The notes under the pieces: generated by a model
What the model saw: the letters and a program-made list of their open reading frames with translations, nothing else
Told to the model about the DNA's origin: nothing
The model's database searches: none
Shown: piece by piece, positions 21,018-30,978 of the stretch
Numbering within the stretch: position 1 is the first letter of the stretch
How the letters are laid out: each line of letters begins with the position of its first letter
Program-made: the position numbers and the translations under genes
NCBI GenBank assembly: GCA_963850905.1
Contig: CAWKMU010000003.1
Span: forward strand, 384,001 to 448,000
From: an uncultured Gemmatimonadales bacterium
GTDB taxonomy: Bacteria; Gemmatimonadota; Gemmatimonadetes; Gemmatimonadales; Gemmatimonadaceae
DNA: 64,000 bases
Direction: 5' to 3'

Positions 21018-21911
21018 TCAACCGAAACGGACGATCGCGAAAATCCCGAGGACGATCACACCGGAGCCCAACAGGCGCAGCGCGCTGAATCGTTCACCCA
21101 GTATGAGCCAGCCCGCGACGGCGGCGATGACAATGCTCACCTCGCGCGTCGCGCCGACATAGGCGACCGGCGCGAGCCGAAACGCGACGAGCACCGCGAC
21201 GTATCCCCCCGCCATGGCCGCCCCGACGAGCAGGATGCGGCGCCATCGGCGGGCCCAGGTCGGCCCGACCCGCGTCCGACGGCTACCCCGCAACACAATG
21301 GGCGCAGTCATCGCCGCACCGAGCCAAAAAACCGCGCCTTCGTACCCCGCCGCTGTCACGAACGCGCCGGCCGGCGCGCGACGCATCGCGGCGCCGTCCA
21401 CGACGGAATAGGCGGAAATGCAGAGCGCCACGCCCAACGTCAATCCAATGTCGGCCCACTGATCAGCGCTCAACGCGCGCTTCCCCGTCGCGTCAGACTG
21501 GCGCTGCATAGTCCAAGCGACCATGACGACCCCGACCCCGAGCGCACAGATACCCGCGAGTCCGGCGGCACGAGGCGGCTGCGCGAGGAATACAGTCGTC
21601 CACACCGCGAGCAACAACGGCGCCGTTCCCCGCGCGATGGGATACACCACCGACAGATCGCCTCGCTCATACGCGGCCGTCAGCAACAGCACATACACCG
21701 CCTCGGCCGCTGCGCTCGCGATGACAAACGGCCAGACCGACACCACGGAATGCCATGCCGCGACGACGGCGGGGCCGAGCAACACGCCGCCCATCGCGAG
21801 CGCGAGCCACGTGAGCAACTCGCGGTCGACCTGCGTCTGTTTGACCAGGAGATTCCAGCCGGCGTGTATGACCGCCGCGGTGAGGACGAGTGCTAGAGCC
21901 GCCGCCGACAT
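21018..21911 (-). CDS. EamA/DMT-family transporter
   Basis: HAGWN, GDLSVVYPIARG, ATREVS, about 10 TM segments. Confidence 0.88.
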   Translation of the reverse strand: MSAAALALVLTAAVIHAGWNLLVKQTQVDRELLTWLALAMGGVLLGPAVVAAWHSVVSVWPFVIASAAAEAVYVLLLTAAYERGDLSVVYPIARGTAPLLLAVWTTVFLAQPPRAAGLAGICALGVGVVMVAWTMQRQSDATGKRALSADQWADIGLTLGVALCISAYSVVDGAAMRRAPAGAFVTAAGYEGAVFWLGAAMTAPIVLRGSRRTRVGPTWARRWRRILLVGAAMAGGYVAVLVAFRLAPVAYVGATREVSIVIAAVAGWLILGERFSALRLLGSGVIVLGIFAIVRFG

Positions 21912-22154
21912 ATGCAGCGCGAACCTACGACGTCACCGTGGCCACCCGAAAGGGGCAACACAATCGGCCGATCGGCTGAGCGCCGTAGGGACCGCGCCAC
22001 CCGAACGGTTTCCCGAGATGCGCGTGTTGGCGGCGAGCACACGACGCGAAGCGGCTATTTTGCGATAAAGTTGCAGCCTGGCAACTGCCGCTCTGAGTTG
22101 TTGCGGTTACCCCAAACCCCAGACCCCAAACCCCACACCCGCTCTTCGCCTCTA

Positions 22155-24070
22155 ATGTCCGGCCCCGCACTGCCCCTACCGCTCCTCGTGTCTCAGCGGT
22201 CGAATCGCGGCAACAATCCAGAGCAACCCACCGGTTGGCGAGAAAAACTCGCGGTACTGGGGTCATTGCCCAGGCTTCTTCGCCTGGTCTGGGCGACCCA
22301 TCGCGGCTACACGATGACGATGGTGTTGCTCCGCATCGTCCGCGCGTTCATTCCATTCGCCACGCTGTGGATCGGCAAGTTGATCATCGACATGATCCAG
22401 TATCCGCGGGGACGACCAATCGCAATGCTCTGGCGCCTCGTCGCCATGGAATGGCGATCGTCTTGGGCGGCGAGTTCCTGGCGCGCGCGTCGGCTCTTGT
22501 CGAATCCCTCCTGGGCGATCTCTTCTCGAACGACATCAGCGTGCGGCTTATGCGCCATGCCGCCACACTGGACCTCGCGCAATTCGAGGATCCAGCCTTC
22601 TACGACCACCTGGAACGAGCCCGTCAACAGACGACTGGTCGCATTGGTCTGATCGCTCAACTGTTGGGAATGGGCCAAAACACACTGACGCTCGTGACGC
22701 TGGCCGTCACGATTGTCGCGTATTACCCCTGGCTGCTGTTGCTCCTCGCAGCGGCAGTTTTCCCGAGCTTCATCGGCGAGACGCACTACGCCGCACTCAG
22801 TTACTCGCTACTGTTCCGACGGACGCCTGAACGGCGCGAGCTCGACTACCTCCGATATGCCGGGGCAAGCGATGAGACGGCGAAGGAGGTTCAGATGTTC
22901 GGCCTCGCGCCGTGGCTCACCCAACGGTACCACGACCTGGCGCGCCGATACTTCGAGGAGAACAAACACCTCTCCGTCCGACGCAGCACCGTCAGCGCAG
23001 CGTTGTCCGTTCTCGCCACGGCCGGCTACTACGCGGCGTACGTCATCATCCTTCGCGCAACCGCGACCTCGCAGATCACCATCGGCACCCTGACGCTGCT
23101 CGCCGGCTCGTTCAAAGGTAGTCGCGACCTGATTCAGCAACTGCTCCTGGCAGCCAGTGACATCTACTCGCAGAGCCTCAACCTGCGAGATCTGTTTGCA
23201 TTCTTCGAGATCCAGCCGACGATTGCGACGGGCGCAGGCGGAGTCGTCGTGCCGCGGCCGATCCGCGATGGGTTCGTCTTCGAGAATGTCGGATTCCAGT
23301 ATCCGGGCAGCGATCGGTGGGCCGTCCGGAACGTCAACTTCGCCATTCGGCCAGGAGAACGGGTCGCGCTGGTGGGGGAGAACGGTGCGGGCAAGACGAC
23401 GCTCACGAAGCTGATCGCTCGCCTGTACGATCCGACCGAAGGGCGTGTCCTGCTGGACGGACGCGATCTGCGAGAGTACGACCTCGCCTCGGTGCGGCAG
23501 GCGATCGGAGTCATCTTCCAGGATTTCGTCCGCTACGACATGCGCTTCGACGAAAACATCGGCGTGGGCGAGATCGGGCTGACCAGTGGCTATCTCGAGG
23601 CGCTCAACGCGGACAAGGCCAATGCGGTGAGCCCCGATCGCGTGCCGCCACCCATCACCAATGCCGCCGCGCGCTCGCTCGCGACCTCGCTGCTCGGTCG
23701 CATGCCACACGGGTACCGCCAGATGCTCGGGAGACGTTTTGCGGATGGCGTCGATCTGTCTGGTGGCGAGTGGCAGAAGGTCGCGTTGGCCCGGGCATAC
23801 ATGCGGACAGCGCAGTTGCTCATTCTCGACGAACCCACTGCGGCACTCGACGCACGTGCCGAATACGAGGTCTTCCTGCGATTCTCAGAGCTCATGGCCG
23901 GCCGGATGGCCGTGATCATCTCCCACCGGTTCTCGACCGTGCGCATGGCCGACCGCATTGTGGTCCTGGAAGGCGGCCACGTCGTCGAGGAGGGCACCCA
24001 CGCTGCCCTCGCCTCCAACGGGGGCGTGTACGCCGAGCTCTTCGAGATGCAGGCCGCGGGTTACAGGTAA
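22155..24070 (+). CDS. ABC exporter, fused permease/ATPase (frameshift near 22450)
   Basis: GENGAGKT, LSGGEWQ, ILDEPT, ISHR. The N-terminal TM part lies in the 21912..22652 frame. Confidence 0.88.
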
Positions 24071-24129
24071 GAGGTGAACGGCGGGGGTCCGGGAACCGGG
24101 TAATCACAATGACGCCTGCTTTTCGGCGG

Positions 24130-24309
24130 GTAGGGGCGACGCCGTGCGTCGCCCTCCGTTGCCAAAACAACGCGCAATTCGGCGGCGCCCCCCCACGCGG
24201 ATGGCCCGGCACCCTGCACGGCGCCGGCAACCCCGGGCGACGCATTGCGTGTGATCTCGGCGCGCCGTGACAGGCCTTGGACCGGTAGGGGCGACGCATT
24301 GCGTCGCCC
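24130..24309 (+). repeat. Cluster of GTAG-REPs (24130-24154, partial ~24235-24250, 24285-24309)
   Basis: Repeated GTAGGGGCGACGC-N3-GCGTCGCCC. Confidence 0.85.
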
Positions 24310-24538
24310 GTTTGTTTACCCGACAGGGGGACGACGGATTGCGACGCCCCGACCCGCTGTCGCCCCCTTCATTAGAAGACACCGAGGCGGCCTGGACCCC
24401 ACCGTTTAGCCCTTAACTTGTGATCAGCTAAGTGACCATTTACTAAACACTTACGCCACGAGCTCATCCGTATCGCGTCCGCCAGCGAGGTCGTCTTACA
24501 GACGCACCCCCCGAAGGCATCCTCCAACAGCGATCCGT

Positions 24539-24781
24539 ATGAGCCGACACGAGTTTACTCACAGCTACGACGGCCAGGAGACGTGGGTGTTCCAGATGGA
24601 TCCCGTCGCCGGTCCGAAGGGCCTCCGCTACCGCGTCCGCTACGAAAAAGGCACGACCTGGACCGAGTGCCTCCTCCGCAACGCGCCCGTCGGCGCGTCG
24701 GCCGAGACCCTCCAGCAGGCGATCATTGATTGGGAAGGCCGAATCCTGAGGCCGACTGGTACCCAGCAACCCGCAGCTTAG
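24539..24781 (+). CDS. Small hypothetical protein (80 aa)
   Basis: High third-position GC and globular composition; AT-rich promoter-like tract upstream. Confidence 0.6.
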   Translation: MSRHEFTHSYDGQETWVFQMDPVAGPKGLRYRVRYEKGTTWTECLLRNAPVGASAETLQQAIIDWEGRILRPTGTQQPAA

Positions 24782-24785
24782 GGAT

Positions 24786-24919
24786 CGAACGGCGGGATCA
24801 GGGGTCAGGGGTCAGGGAACCGCAAAGAACAGAGGGCCAGTGCGCGTCGCCGCCACTGGCCCTCACGGTTTTCCCCCGACCCCCGACCCCCGACCCCTGA
24901 TCCCCGACCCCGCCGTTCG
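24786..24919. repeat. Heptamer-armed inverted-repeat element
   Basis: CGAACGGCGGG(ATCAGGGG)(TCAGGGG)..GGAA ... TTCC(CCCGACC)n..CCCGCCGTTCG with an internal hairpin GAGGGCCAGTG/CACTGGCCCTC. Confidence 0.8.
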
Positions 24920-24924
24920 GTCTT

Positions 24925-26922
24925 TTAGAAGATATTGCCCAGCCGCAGCTGTCCCTGCCCTGCGCCCTGCGCAATCTGCTGTTTCTTCTTCACGACCGTG
25001 ACGGTAATCGTCGACGGATAGGCCTTGGAGTGGTGCACCTCGTTGTGCGCGATCAACGAGGTCGTTTCATCGAAGTTGTTCCCGCCCGTATTCAGGTTCC
25101 GGTCGAAACGCGGGAAGTTGCTGCTCGTGACCTCGAGCCGGATGCTGTGACCCGCCTCGAAGTAGTTGCTGGTGTTCATGGGCTGGAACGTGACCTTGTA
25201 CACTTTGCCCGGCTCCATCCAGGCGAGCGGCTTGTCGTAGCCGTCGCGGTACCGGAGTCGCTGGATCGTTTCATCGAGGTTGTACGCGTGGCCGTCCGGG
25301 TAGACGTCGATGAGCTTGATGCTGAAATCGGTGTCCTTGCGGTCCGATGACACATAGAGGGTGACGGTGACCGGGCCACTGACCTCCATCCCCTCTTTCA
25401 ACGGCGCCGTCGTGTACGTGAGGATGTCGGGTCGCACCTCCATCTTGCGCTGATCCATCGAGCCGCCGACCAGTCCGGGCTCGCAGCACACGTTGCCGCC
25501 ATACGAAGGCACCGGATTCATCGGGTCGTAGGTGAAGCCATCCGGCTTGTCGCTGCCCGTCGCCTTTGGAGTCAAGGCGCCATCGCCATTCATCGTGTTG
25601 GCCTTGCCGTTGCTCGTCAGGAAGAACGACAGCGGCTGCGCGCCGCGCGGCGGCCACACGTCGGATGTCTGCCACTTGTTGACGCCCATTGTGTAATAGC
25701 GCACGTGGGGCAGTGTATCGAGCAACCCGTTGTTCTCGCCCTTGAGGAAGTGGTCGAACCACCCATACGTGAGCGAGGCGTAGTCCCACCGCGCGTCGCC
25801 TTCGTCCCGCTCGCCGACTACCGTGTGATCCGTCGCCCGCGTGTACGAGCAGTGCAGGGTCGGTGCGATGATCGCGTACTGGTCCTTGGACGCCGACGTT
25901 GCGCGAACGTGGTTGAACAGCGCGAGATTCGGACCGACCGACACGTCATACCAGGACATAAAGTACAGTCCCGGGACATTGATAACCATGTCGTCGTGGT
26001 ACAGGCCACCGCGGTACCACGCGGAGTCGTTCGGTGTGCGTTGGATCATCCGGCCGCCGGTCGCGACAGGCATGGAGTCCGAAAAGATGCCGCGCGGCCC
26101 ATCGACAGCCTTGATGATGTCTTGTTCGGGCAGGTGCTTGAACGCGTCCATCCAATCGACTCGTGGCGACTGCTGAGCGAGGTCGAAGCTCTTCGAGGCG
26201 CGGATCAGGTCCTCCTGCGATGCGTTCGCCGGAAACATCGGACGGACCTGGTTCTGCTCACCGTACAGCCAGTCGATGAACAGCATCTGGACGGCGCCGC
26301 CGCGATACCAGTTGCCTTGCTCGTAGTACGGCTTGACGCGTCCGACACCAGCGCCGAAGCCTTCGGGAATGATCGTGGCGAGACCCGGCGGGGCCGTCGC
26401 CGCGACGCCCATCTGCCATTCGGCGGTCGATGAACAGCCGATCAGTCCGACTTTGCCATTCGACCATGGCTGCGTGCTGATCCACTGGATCGCGTCGTAC
26501 CCGTCCGTGCGCGGCGGCCCGAGAATGTCGTAGTTGCCTTGAGAGAAGAAGTGGCCCCGCTCGTTTTGACCGACGTACGCATACCCGCGCTTCACCGCGT
26601 CGAGAATCGCCGTCATGTCGGACGGGACACCGTCTCGTACGTCCCAGAAGTTGAAGTTGTACGGGGTCCGAACGAAGATCGCCGGCACCTTCCCCGTGGC
26701 GTTCTTCGGACGATAGATATCGGTTGCTAGCCGCGTCCCGTCTCGCATCGCGACCATTTCCTTGCGATCGACGACGGCCACCGACTCTAGCTCTGCCTCC
26801 AGCGCAAAGCGACGCGCTTTCGCCGCGGAGTCGAGCGGCGCCCGCTGCTGGGCGATGAGTGCTGGGGCGCAGGTGATCGCTCCGATCCCCAGCACCGCAA
26901 GGCAGCGGATGGTGTTGTGCAT
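24925..26922 (-). CDS. CocE/NonD-family (peptidase S15) serine hydrolase, exported
   Basis: [43 protein letters not shown]. Signal peptide and GGAGG RBS. Confidence 0.9.
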   Translation of the reverse strand: MHNTIRCLAVLGIGAITCAPALIAQQRAPLDSAAKARRFALEAELESVAVVDRKEMVAMRDGTRLATDIYRPKNATGKVPAIFVRTPYNFNFWDVRDGVPSDMTAILDAVKRGYAYVGQNERGHFFSQGNYDILGPPRTDGYDAIQWISTQPWSNGKVGLIGCSSTAEWQMGVAATAPPGLATIIPEGFGAGVGRVKPYYEQGNWYRGGAVQMLFIDWLYGEQNQVRPMFPANASQEDLIRASKSFDLAQQSPRVDWMDAFKHLPEQDIIKAVDGPRGIFSDSMPVATGGRMIQRTPNDSAWYRGGLYHDDMVINVPGLYFMSWYDVSVGPNLALFNHVRATSASKDQYAIIAPTLHCSYTRATDHTVVGERDEGDARWDYASLTYGWFDHFLKGENNGLLDTLPHVRYYTMGVNKWQTSDVWPPRGAQPLSFFLTSNGKANTMNGDGALTPKATGSDKPDGFTYDPMNPVPSYGGNVCCEPGLVGGSMDQRKMEVRPDILTYTTAPLKEGMEVSGPVTVTLYVSSDRKDTDFSIKLIDVYPDGHAYNLDETIQRLRYRDGYDKPLAWMEPGKVYKVTFQPMNTSNYFEAGHSIRLEVTSSNFPRFDRNLNTGGNNFDETTSLIAHNEVHHSKAYPSTITVTVVKKKQQIAQGAGQGQLRLGNIF

Positions 26923-27130
26923 CTTCCCTCCTGTAAAAAGGACGCTCAGTTGAGGCCGCCGGCCCCCGCACCGCACCCGAGCGACCCTCGACAGCCGGCC
27001 GCCATCCCCCTTCCCCCCACACCCTCCGCCAGACAGCAGACGGGTGGGCCCAGCCACTAGAAGCTACGCTCCGAGGCATCCAATCGCTGCATTGATTGCG
27101 CACCCATAGACCCACCCCGATCCTGCCCCT

Positions 27131-27310
27131 GGCCGGTACGGCCGAAACCACACCGCTCGACGCAACCACGTCCCACGCCCGGCGGATACGGTCGAACCCG
27201 TCTGGCTCGATGCAACCGCGATCTCGCCCCGGGCGGATACGGTCGAAACCACACCCCGGGTCCAACCACGATCCCACTCCCGGCGGGTACGGGCGACGCA
27301 TGCGTCGCCC
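27131..27310 (+). repeat. Degenerate ~50-bp tandem array ending in a REP
   Basis: Units start at 27131, 27181, 27232 and 27282 with GGCSGRTACGGBCGA. The last unit carries the full palindrome GGGCGACGCATGCGTCGCCC. Confidence 0.7.
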
Positions 27311-27346
27311 TCCGTGCCCAACCACGACCGTGTAATCTTGTTGCAG

Positions 27347-27386
27347 TTCCCTGACCCCTGACCCCTGACCCCTGACCCCTGACCCC
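27347..27386. repeat. (TGACCCC)5 heptamer tract
   Basis: TTCCC followed by five perfect TGACCCC units. Confidence 0.9.
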
Positions 27387-28535
27387 TTGCAGGAAGGCAG
27401 CCTGAGTTCCCTGTCGAACACCTCGGGCATCGAAGACCTGGAGTCGCCGCTGGCGGCCCTGCCGCCCGGTGTCGTGTGCCTCACCGACTTTGAGGTCGCG
27501 GCGCGGAGCGTCTTGCCCGACATGGCGTACGCCTATGTCTCGGGCGGCGCAGGAGATGAGCTCACGCTCCGGTGGAACGTCGAGGCGTTTCAACGTATCC
27601 GCCTGCGCGCCAGGGTCCTCACCGACGAGCAAGGCAGTGACACGCGCTGCACGATACTCGGCACGCCCCTCGCCTGCCCGATTTTCCTCGCCCCGACCGC
27701 GTATCACCGCCTGATGCACCCCGACGGTGAGTTGGCCACCGCGCGTGGCGCCGCCGCGGCCCAAGTCCCGTACATCGTGAGTACCGCGACGACGACGCCC
27801 CTCGAGGAGATCGCCGCCGCCGCCGATGGCGTGCGGTGGTTTCAATTGTATCCGCTCATCGACCGACGCCGGACACAAGACCTCGTCGCAAAGGCCGAAG
27901 CGGCGGGCTGTCGAGCGGTGTGCCTCACGGTCGACACTCCAGTCGCCGGCGCGCGCAATCGCGAGCAACGCGCGGGCGTCCGGCTGCCCGGCGGTCTCAA
28001 TGCGCCCTACTTCCACCACGTTGTCGATGCGCAAAATGTGCGCACGCCCTTCATGCCGCTCACCTGGCGCGACGTCGCGTGGCTGCGGTCGGTCACGTCC
28101 CTGCCGGTGTTGTTGAAGGGGGTACTCGACGCCGAGGACGCCCAGCGGGCCGTGCAGGAAGGAGTGAACGGGATCATTGTTTCGAACCACGGTGCCCGGA
28201 ACCTCGACACGCTCCCCGCGACCGTTGAGGCGCTCCCGAGTGTCGCGGCCGCTGTCGATGGCCGGATTCCGATTCTCCTGGACGGCGGCGTGCGTCGCGG
28301 GACGGACATCCTCAAGGCGATCGCACTCGGCGCCTCCGCGGTCCTCATCGGCCGGCCATACCTCTTTGGTCTTGCCGTCGCCGGCGCCGCCGGCGTCGCA
28401 GCCGTCGTCCGCATCCTCCGCAACGAGCTCGAGGCCGCGCTGGCGCTGACTGGCCGGCCGTCGATCGCAGCGGTCGACAAGACGGTGTTGTGGAGTCAGG
28501 GAACAAACCGAAAGGCCGATCACGGTGCAGAGTGA
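27387..28535 (+). CDS. FMN-dependent alpha-hydroxy acid oxidase/dehydrogenase
   Basis: YVSGGAGDE, RWFQLY, TVD, LLKG, SNHGAR, DGGVRRGTD, GRPY. Confidence 0.93.
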   Translation: MQEGSLSSLSNTSGIEDLESPLAALPPGVVCLTDFEVAARSVLPDMAYAYVSGGAGDELTLRWNVEAFQRIRLRARVLTDEQGSDTRCTILGTPLACPIFLAPTAYHRLMHPDGELATARGAAAAQVPYIVSTATTTPLEEIAAAADGVRWFQLYPLIDRRRTQDLVAKAEAAGCRAVCLTVDTPVAGARNREQRAGVRLPGGLNAPYFHHVVDAQNVRTPFMPLTWRDVAWLRSVTSLPVLLKGVLDAEDAQRAVQEGVNGIIVSNHGARNLDTLPATVEALPSVAAAVDGRIPILLDGGVRRGTDILKAIALGASAVLIGRPYLFGLAVAGAAGVAAVVRILRNELEAALALTGRPSIAAVDKTVLWSQGTNRKADHGAE

Positions 28536-28622
28536 CTGGCCTTGGACCGGTAGGGGCGACGCATCGCGTCGCTCGCCGTTGTCGTTGTGGTTGTCGTTTC
28601 CTGACCCCAGACCCCAGACCCG
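28492..28622. repeat. Composite heptamer-arm + REP element (paralogue of 41642-41808)
   Basis: GTCAGGGAACAAA.CGA.AGGCCGATCAC...TTGGACCGGTAGGGGCGACGCAT...GTTGTCGTTG.GGTTGTCGTT..CTGACCCC is shared with the copy at 41.65-41.8 kb. Confidence 0.85.
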
Positions 28623-28625
28623 CAG

Positions 28626-29846
28626 CTACAGGTATCGCGGCCTCCCCTGCACAATCCCCACGAGTAGCTCCGCCGGTCGTCGCTCGCCGACACCGACGGC
28701 GATGGATTCACGCAATGCACCGCGCCACTCGCGCCGGATGCGGATTACGTGCGAGCGGCCGCATCGACACATCCATCGGTGGTAACTCACGGCATCGAAC
28801 GTCGGCAGCCGATAAGGACCGGCCAATGCCGACATCGGGCACTGCGGCGAGCACGCGAACACGACCCATAGCACGCCCGGCTCCGGTTCGACGGGCATGC
28901 GGCCCCGCGCGTCGAGCTCTCTGAGCTGCAGACGCACCTGCCGAGGACCTAGCGCAACCACGCGTTCCGGCGGGGCGCGGACGACACGCACCACGGCGGC
29001 CCCGTCAACCGCGTCTGCGCCGGCCGCGAGCAACGCGCGCGCGCACGCCTCGAGCGTCGCGCCGGTCGTCATGAGATCGTCCGCGACGATGATCCGCCGG
29101 CCGCGCACAGCTCCACGCCACGCGCGGCGGACGACATAGGCCCCCTGGCTCTCGCGCAATCGCTCGGTCCGCGACAAGCCCTTCTGCGTAAAGTCGCGAG
29201 TCTTCTCGAGGACGCCGAGCCGGAGGACCGCGTGCGAGAGTTTGATCGCGGCGAGCGAGACCAGCATGTGGACGTGCGGTCGGCGGTTTTCGAATGATGG
29301 CACGGGCACGAGTAGCGGCCGGTACGCCCGGTCGTCGCCACGAAATGGCCGTGCTCGCATGACCTCGCACACACTCGCCGCGAGCGCACGCGCAAGGGGC
29401 ACGGCGAGCGACGGCCAATCCGTACGACGCTCCTTGAAGGCGACGACCGCGCGGTAGGCTTCGCCGAGCGACCGCCGGGGCGATCCCGCGCGCCCATGAT
29501 ACGCGGCGACACATCGCCCGTACGGCAGCGCACCACCCAGCGCCGCCTGACTGCAATCCGGGCAGACTAACCGACCGCCGACGCCTACCCACCCGTCGTG
29601 CGCGACGTCGTCAGTGCAGCAGAGATGGCAGCGGCGCGCACCGATCGGCTCGCCGAAGCCCCGCCACAGACCGGCCGCCAGGTGCACGGGGTCCTCGCGC
29701 GAGCGGTGATCCCGGTTCTGCACCGCGAGATCGCCCGCGAGCACCCACGCCGTCCGCCACGCTGCACCTCGCGCCTCAGGCGGGAACGTCCGGGTCGCAC
29801 GCACGACCCGCCACCACACATCGACCCCGCGGCGGCGCTGCCGCAT
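28626..29846 (-). CDS. ComF-like phosphoribosyltransferase with Zn-ribbon and C-terminal extension
   Basis: CHLC...CPDC, FKE, LLVPVP, Q.GL...ER, IIVADDLMTTGATL. About 110 extra C-terminal residues. Confidence 0.7.
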   Translation of the reverse strand: MRQRRRGVDVWWRVVRATRTFPPEARGAAWRTAWVLAGDLAVQNRDHRSREDPVHLAAGLWRGFGEPIGARRCHLCCTDDVAHDGWVGVGGRLVCPDCSQAALGGALPYGRCVAAYHGRAGSPRRSLGEAYRAVVAFKERRTDWPSLAVPLARALAASVCEVMRARPFRGDDRAYRPLLVPVPSFENRRPHVHMLVSLAAIKLSHAVLRLGVLEKTRDFTQKGLSRTERLRESQGAYVVRRAWRGAVRGRRIIVADDLMTTGATLEACARALLAAGADAVDGAAVVRVVRAPPERVVALGPRQVRLQLRELDARGRMPVEPEPGVLWVVFACSPQCPMSALAGPYRLPTFDAVSYHRWMCRCGRSHVIRIRREWRGALRESIAVGVGERRPAELLVGIVQGRPRYL

Positions 29847-29919
29847 CCCGGTATCCTGTCAGGCCGCGCTCCCTGCTGCGCCATCATGGGAGCGCGGCGA
29901 GACCAGTGGAGCGCGAGAG

Positions 29920-30978
29920 CTACCGCACCGCCACCTGCTCCACCAACGGCATCACGTCTTCCGCAAAGCGCTCCATCTCCTCGAGCTGCGGGCTGCATTG
30001 CAGCAACAGGAGATCGACGCCTGCGTCGGCGAACGCTCGAACACGCTCGGCCACCATCTCCGGAGTCCCGACCAGACCCGCGCGCAGGCCGCGGTTCGAC
30101 ACCGAATAGTCCTCGAGGCTCACCTGCTGGTCGAGTTTCGTGTGCGCAATCCAGTCGCGGTAATTCCCGTAGCCCGGCGAGCCCGGCGCGACGTTGGTGA
30201 TCCGGGCGCGCTCGCGCTCGGCTTCCTCGAGACTCGACCGGACGATGACGTAGGCCGCCATGCCAAACGTCATGGGAGGAAGATCGAGCGCTTCGCGCCG
30301 TGCGCGCATGTCGGCCACTTTGGGTGCGACCCGCTCGGGGGGATCCCCGTGCATCACGTACGCGTCACACTTCTGCGAGATGAGCGACTTGGCTGCCTCC
30401 GATTCGCCGCCGGCATAGACGACGGGAAGCGGGTCTGGCTTGGGAAACAGAACCGTCTCGTCCGTGGCGTAGTAGCGCCCGCGAAACGAGAAGCGTGGCT
30501 GCGTCCAGACACCGCGCACGACGGACAGCCACTCGTCCGTGCGCGCGTACCGGTCATCGTGTTCGTCGAAGCGCACCCCGTACCGTCGTGCCTCGTCAGC
30601 CCACCAGCTGGACACGACGTTCAGCGAGATCCGTCCCGGCGCGACCCCCGCGATCGTCGCCGCCTGTTTCGCCAGGATCGCGGGCTGATGAAAGGTCGGC
30701 CGCACGGCAATCATCAGCTCGAGATGGTCCGTCACCGCCGCCAGGGCGGCGGATAGCGACCATGCGTCGAGTGACGGCGCATCGATGCCCTTGATGTCGT
30801 TGAGAAACAGCTCGGCCACCAGCGACAGATCGTACCCGATCTCCTCGCTCCGCCGCGCGAGCCGCTTCACGTACCCCCACGAGGTTTCCATCTGCTCGTC
30901 CGGCACGTTCCGCAGCCAGCCGCCGAACACCGGCATCCAGTAGCCGTACCGCATCACCGGTCGCTCCCGATCGCTCAT
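29920..30978 (-). CDS. LLM-class flavin-dependent oxidoreductase (SsuD/SfnG-like)
   Basis: YWMPVFGGW, LDAWS, AVRP, GRISLNVV, YAGGESE, LVGTPE. Confidence 0.9.
   Translation of the reverse strand: MSDRERPVMRYGYWMPVFGGWLRNVPDEQMETSWGYVKRLARRSEEIGYDLSLVAELFLNDIKGIDAPSLDAWSLSAALAAVTDHLELMIAVRPTFHQPAILAKQAATIAGVAPGRISLNVVSSWWADEARRYGVRFDEHDDRYARTDEWLSVVRGVWTQPRFSFRGRYYATDETVLFPKPDPLPVVYAGGESEAAKSLISQKCDAYVMHGDPPERVAPKVADMRARREALDLPPMTFGMAAYVIVRSSLEEAERERARITNVAPGSPGYGNYRDWIAHTKLDQQVSLEDYSVSNRGLRAGLVGTPEMVAERVRAFADAGVDLLLLQCSPQLEEMERFAEDVMPLVEQVAVR

Noticed and set aside
27131..27386. Possible CRISPR array
   Set aside because: The conserved part is short and degenerate, the spacers resemble each other, and there are no cas genes.
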